Positions 60,970-64,000 of a stretch of 64,000 nucleotides of DNA are shown piece by piece. Numbering within the stretch: position 1 is the first letter of the stretch; each line of letters begins with the position of its first letter. The stretch comes from Amphiscolops sp. MND2022 (Eukaryota). The stretch covers positions 36,954,001-37,018,000 of the forward strand of contig OZ076409.1 in the NCBI GenBank assembly GCA_964187785.1, given 5' to 3'. Below the pieces are notes generated by a model. The model was not told the DNA's origin. It worked only from the letters and a program-made list of their open reading frames with translations, and searched no databases. The position numbers and the translations under genes are program-made.

Positions 60970-61446
60970 GGTGCACAGACAAAAGGGCCACAGACAAAAA
61001 GGCTTCCAGACAAAAGGGCCAAAAAACACAGACAAAAGGGCCACAGACAAAAAGGCCAAAAAAGCAGACAAAAGGGCCAAAAACCAAAGTTATATTTTAA
61101 TTGTTTTTTCAATGAAAAAATTGTTTTTTCAATGTAATAAAACGGATCTGGAACTTGATTTATTTGAAGACGTTAGCATATTTGTTGTATGGCTCGGTCG
61201 CTTCGCTCCCTTCGCCAAGTAGCAACGTTGAGGCATGGCCATATGGCACGTCGCTTCGCTCCTGCATTTAGGGAACTAGGGGTATGTGAACATAGCTGAC
61301 TACGTTATAATAATTGAGCTCTTAATTAAAATTATTTGGCCCTTTTGTCTGCTTTTTTGGCTTTTTTGTCTGTGGCCTTTTTGTCTGTGTTTTTGGCCCT
61401 TTTGTCTGTAAGCCCTTTTGTCTGGAAGCCTTTTTGTCTAGATACG
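60970..61446. mobile_element. Mutator-like foldback MITE with a 9-bp TSD
   Basis: Inverted arrays of cagacaaaagggcc; TGAAAAAGC at 60961-60969 and 61447-61455. Confidence 0.85.
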
Positions 61447-61914
61447 TGAAAAAGCATGTATTCCATGAAAGGGTCATACAGTTATGTGAAATCAGGCAAT
61501 CCATACTATGAAATTATATATAGGAAAGCATTAAAGTCATACCATGAGCATAAAATGTTTTTTTTTTCTATGGCAACTAGTTTCCATATATGGAAACATA
61601 GTTGGATTTACATAAAAAGCCAAACTGTTTTATTGAAAAGTCATGCTCGATTCATTCGAACCTATATACATAACTTATTTTGTAATAGTCATCAATTTCA
61701 TTCAGTTTACCGTTGCTTTTCATTCAAATGTGAAATTTTTCGATTTTTCCCGATTCGCATGGCGCTAAACCAAACCATAGTATTCTCCAGCGTTCATTTT
61801 CACTATTTCTCACACTTCAGTCTATAACGATTAGATAGTTTCTTGCCATACTATCTAATTTTCTTTACTGATTTTTTTTCGGTCGAACTGCAGTTCATAA
61901 CCGGATTGAAAACC

Positions 61915-62458
61915 AATCGCAGTCCACCAGTGATCACTGATGATCCACCGAAGTCCCACCGGTGGACCATTGAGGTGGCATCCGCAGCTTTTGTGGTGGC
62001 CGCCGGTGGTCAACCGGTGAGCACCGGTGGAAACATTTTATGTTGTTTACAAAATATTGCAAAAAATCGTGACGCGAGCCTGTAATTATTTTGTTGACGG
62101 TCCAGCATTTACCTCTGCACAATCAACTTTTATGTTTAGTTTGTTTTGCCTTAGATATAATTGTTCTGTAGCATTGCCTACGTCGCGGCTTGCGGACACG
62201 TAGTGCCAAACTTTCTTTATCGCTGCAGATTTAAGTTTTTGAAAATTTAAACTACTTCCCGAATCCATAATGAAATAATGACATATTTATAATGACGTAC
62301 ATAATCAAAAAAGTACGTTTTCAATAATTTTCCACAATCCACAATTCATTTTTTCAAAGTCCACCGGCGGCCACTGGTGGAAATAGTGACTGGTTATACA
62401 AAATTGCCTCCATCGGTAGTCACTGGTGTTAGTTTGCGGTGGAGTGCCAGTACGGGTA
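61915..62458. mobile_element. Degenerate MITE with CCACCGGTGG subterminal repeats
   Basis: ccaccggtgg-like clusters at 61920-62035 and 62360-62450; right end gtacgggt. Confidence 0.5.
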
Positions 62459-62687
62459 ATGTGGTACAGCCAGTATTGAACTTGGTCATTTTTCATTCGG
62501 TGGCCCCAAAGTTAAGTCTATCCACAGTTACGTGATAAGTCTAATTTTGTGCGTCTTTTTATTCCAAAATTCTTCCAAATTCCGCCAAATCTCCACAATC
62601 TCCATCCACTTGACTATTTTAGTTACTTGACTATTTCAGTTACTTGTATATCCGAATTTTGACGTTATATCCGAAGCAAATTGTGTT

Positions 62688-64000
62688 CAGGGCCCGGATT
62701 TTCATGCGTAAAAAATATGCCAAATATGCGTAAAAACATGCGTAAAAAATCCTAAAATATGCGTAAAAATATGCGTAAAAATTTATTGGTTTTCATACAC
62801 AGTATTATACCAATAGACACATAAATGGTGTTTCAAGTTTTCAATGGTAAGTGACATTCTTTGTGGAGTTTGAATTTGTCCCATTTCTGAGAAAACTCTC
62901 TCTATATCGGCAGAAACCAGGGGTGCATATCGGTAAATTGGAGCATCTAGTGGTGGCACATCAGAACTGACTCTCTCTCCTCTCAGAATTTTTGCAAAAT
63001 CTTGCAAAATTTTAAAATCAGGATTTCGGGTTAAAACAGCATCGAGTTTCTCTTTATAGTTGTCGCCTTGTACGTTGACAATAACTTTCTCCAAAATAAC
63101 AAACTGATCACACAACGACAGTCGTCCCTGTAACTTCGTAATGGCCTCTGGTAAAAAATCGAAAGATGCAACTAAAAATGCCATTTCTTGCATGAGCGCG
63201 TTGTCCATGAGGTCCAAAATTTTCGTGATTTCTGAATTATTGGGTTCTTCACTTCCCAAGTGAATCAGAAATTGTTGAAATTCGGCAAAATACTTGGCGT
63301 AATAAAACACTGCAATTAGCCACGAAGACCATCTGGTGATAACAGGCACAGGCGGTAAGGGCAACCCTGTCAATTCTCGGAATAATCGTTGTCTGCGACT
63401 ACAATTGCAGAATAATTTTGCCACCTTCGATATGAAAAAATCAGTAGCAGAATTTGTGGATCGAACATTTTCTGCAAGCCGATTTAAACCGTGGGCTAGA
63501 CAGGTAATGTGTAGCAGTTTCGGGAATAAGCCTTTTAACAGCTTGCCTGCTTTAAGCATGTAACTGGCACCATCTGATACAAATAAACGAAATTTTGAAT
63601 AGTCCATCTCGTCAAAAATCGAGCAAAGACTCGAATTAACTATTTGGTTTATGGCTACAGCATCCGTTTTCTCAGTCTCAGCAAGATTAAAAAGCATTGG
63701 TGGCTTTAATTCGTTGTCTAAAACTCCAATTAAAACACCAACCAAAAATCTACCTGCGGGGTCTGTCGCTTCGTCTACCATAATGTAGTAATTTTTCCCA
63801 GTAACCGCCTCTTTAATTGCTGATATAACTTTATTGAACTGTTTCGGCAAATAATTCTTTCGAAGTGTAGACTCGTCTGGAGCTGCCTGGCCCGACCATG
63901 TCTCCAACAGGGATTTTACTTTTCGACATTGAAGTTTGTGAAATGGAATAGCTGCTGAGGTAAATGCTTCAGTAATATGATCAAAGAATTTGTTAGAAGT
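62688..64000 (-). mobile_element. hAT DNA transposon, 3' end; continues beyond the window
   Basis: Terminus CAGGGCCCGGATT at 62688; five ATGCGTAAAA subterminal repeats at 62705-62781; transposase ORF. Confidence 0.88.
62783..64000 (-). CDS. hAT transposase (CGGBP1-like type), 5'-partial, uninterrupted in the window
   Basis: Frame open to the window edge (..AFTSAAIPFHKL..PDESTLRKNYL); VDEATD, FVSDGASYM, CLAH (CxxH), TRWSSW, ADIERVFS. Confidence 0.9.
   Translation of the reverse strand, partial: TSNKFFDHITEAFTSAAIPFHKLQCRKVKSLLETWSGQAAPDESTLRKNYLPKQFNKVISAIKEAVTGKNYYIMVDEATDPAGRFLVGVLIGVLDNELKPPMLFNLAETEKTDAVAINQIVNSSLCSIFDEMDYSKFRLFVSDGASYMLKAGKLLKGLFPKLLHITCLAHGLNRLAENVRSTNSATDFFISKVAKLFCNCSRRQRLFRELTGLPLPPVPVITRWSSWLIAVFYYAKYFAEFQQFLIHLGSEEPNNSEITKILDLMDNALMQEMAFLVASFDFLPEAITKLQGRLSLCDQFVILEKVIVNVQGDNYKEKLDAVLTRNPDFKILQDFAKILRGERVSSDVPPLDAPIYRYAPLVSADIERVFSEMGQIQTPQRMSLTIENLKHHLCVYWYNTVYENQ

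Overview
AT-rich, repeat-dense eukaryotic (metazoan-type) DNA; I found no prokaryotic operon, CRISPR array, rRNA or genuine tRNA gene. Main contents: (1) 1-10.7 kb: a defective minus-strand Ty3/Gypsy retrotransposon (gag-PR-RT-RH-IN), with the 3' end of a second, plus-strand LTR element on its left. (2) 13.1-43.4 kb: seven phase-consistent minus-strand exons of an SLC1/EAAT2-like glutamate transporter; the N-terminal exons were not found. (3) Many MITE, foldback, Helitron-like and SINE-like repeats, an LTR-gag remnant and a decayed coding segment in introns. (4) An apparently intact hAT transposase running off the right edge. Two unexplained signals stand out. First, about 37 exact CATC-N7-CATC dyads (11-bp offset), often about 50/60/70/80 bp apart, cover both retroelements, occur even in pol linker codons, and flip polarity near the gag start; they may form a protein-binding array. 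Second, there are eight spacer-less palindromes of 60-586 bp with unrelated arm sequences. All counts and coordinates were read by eye and need computational confirmation.
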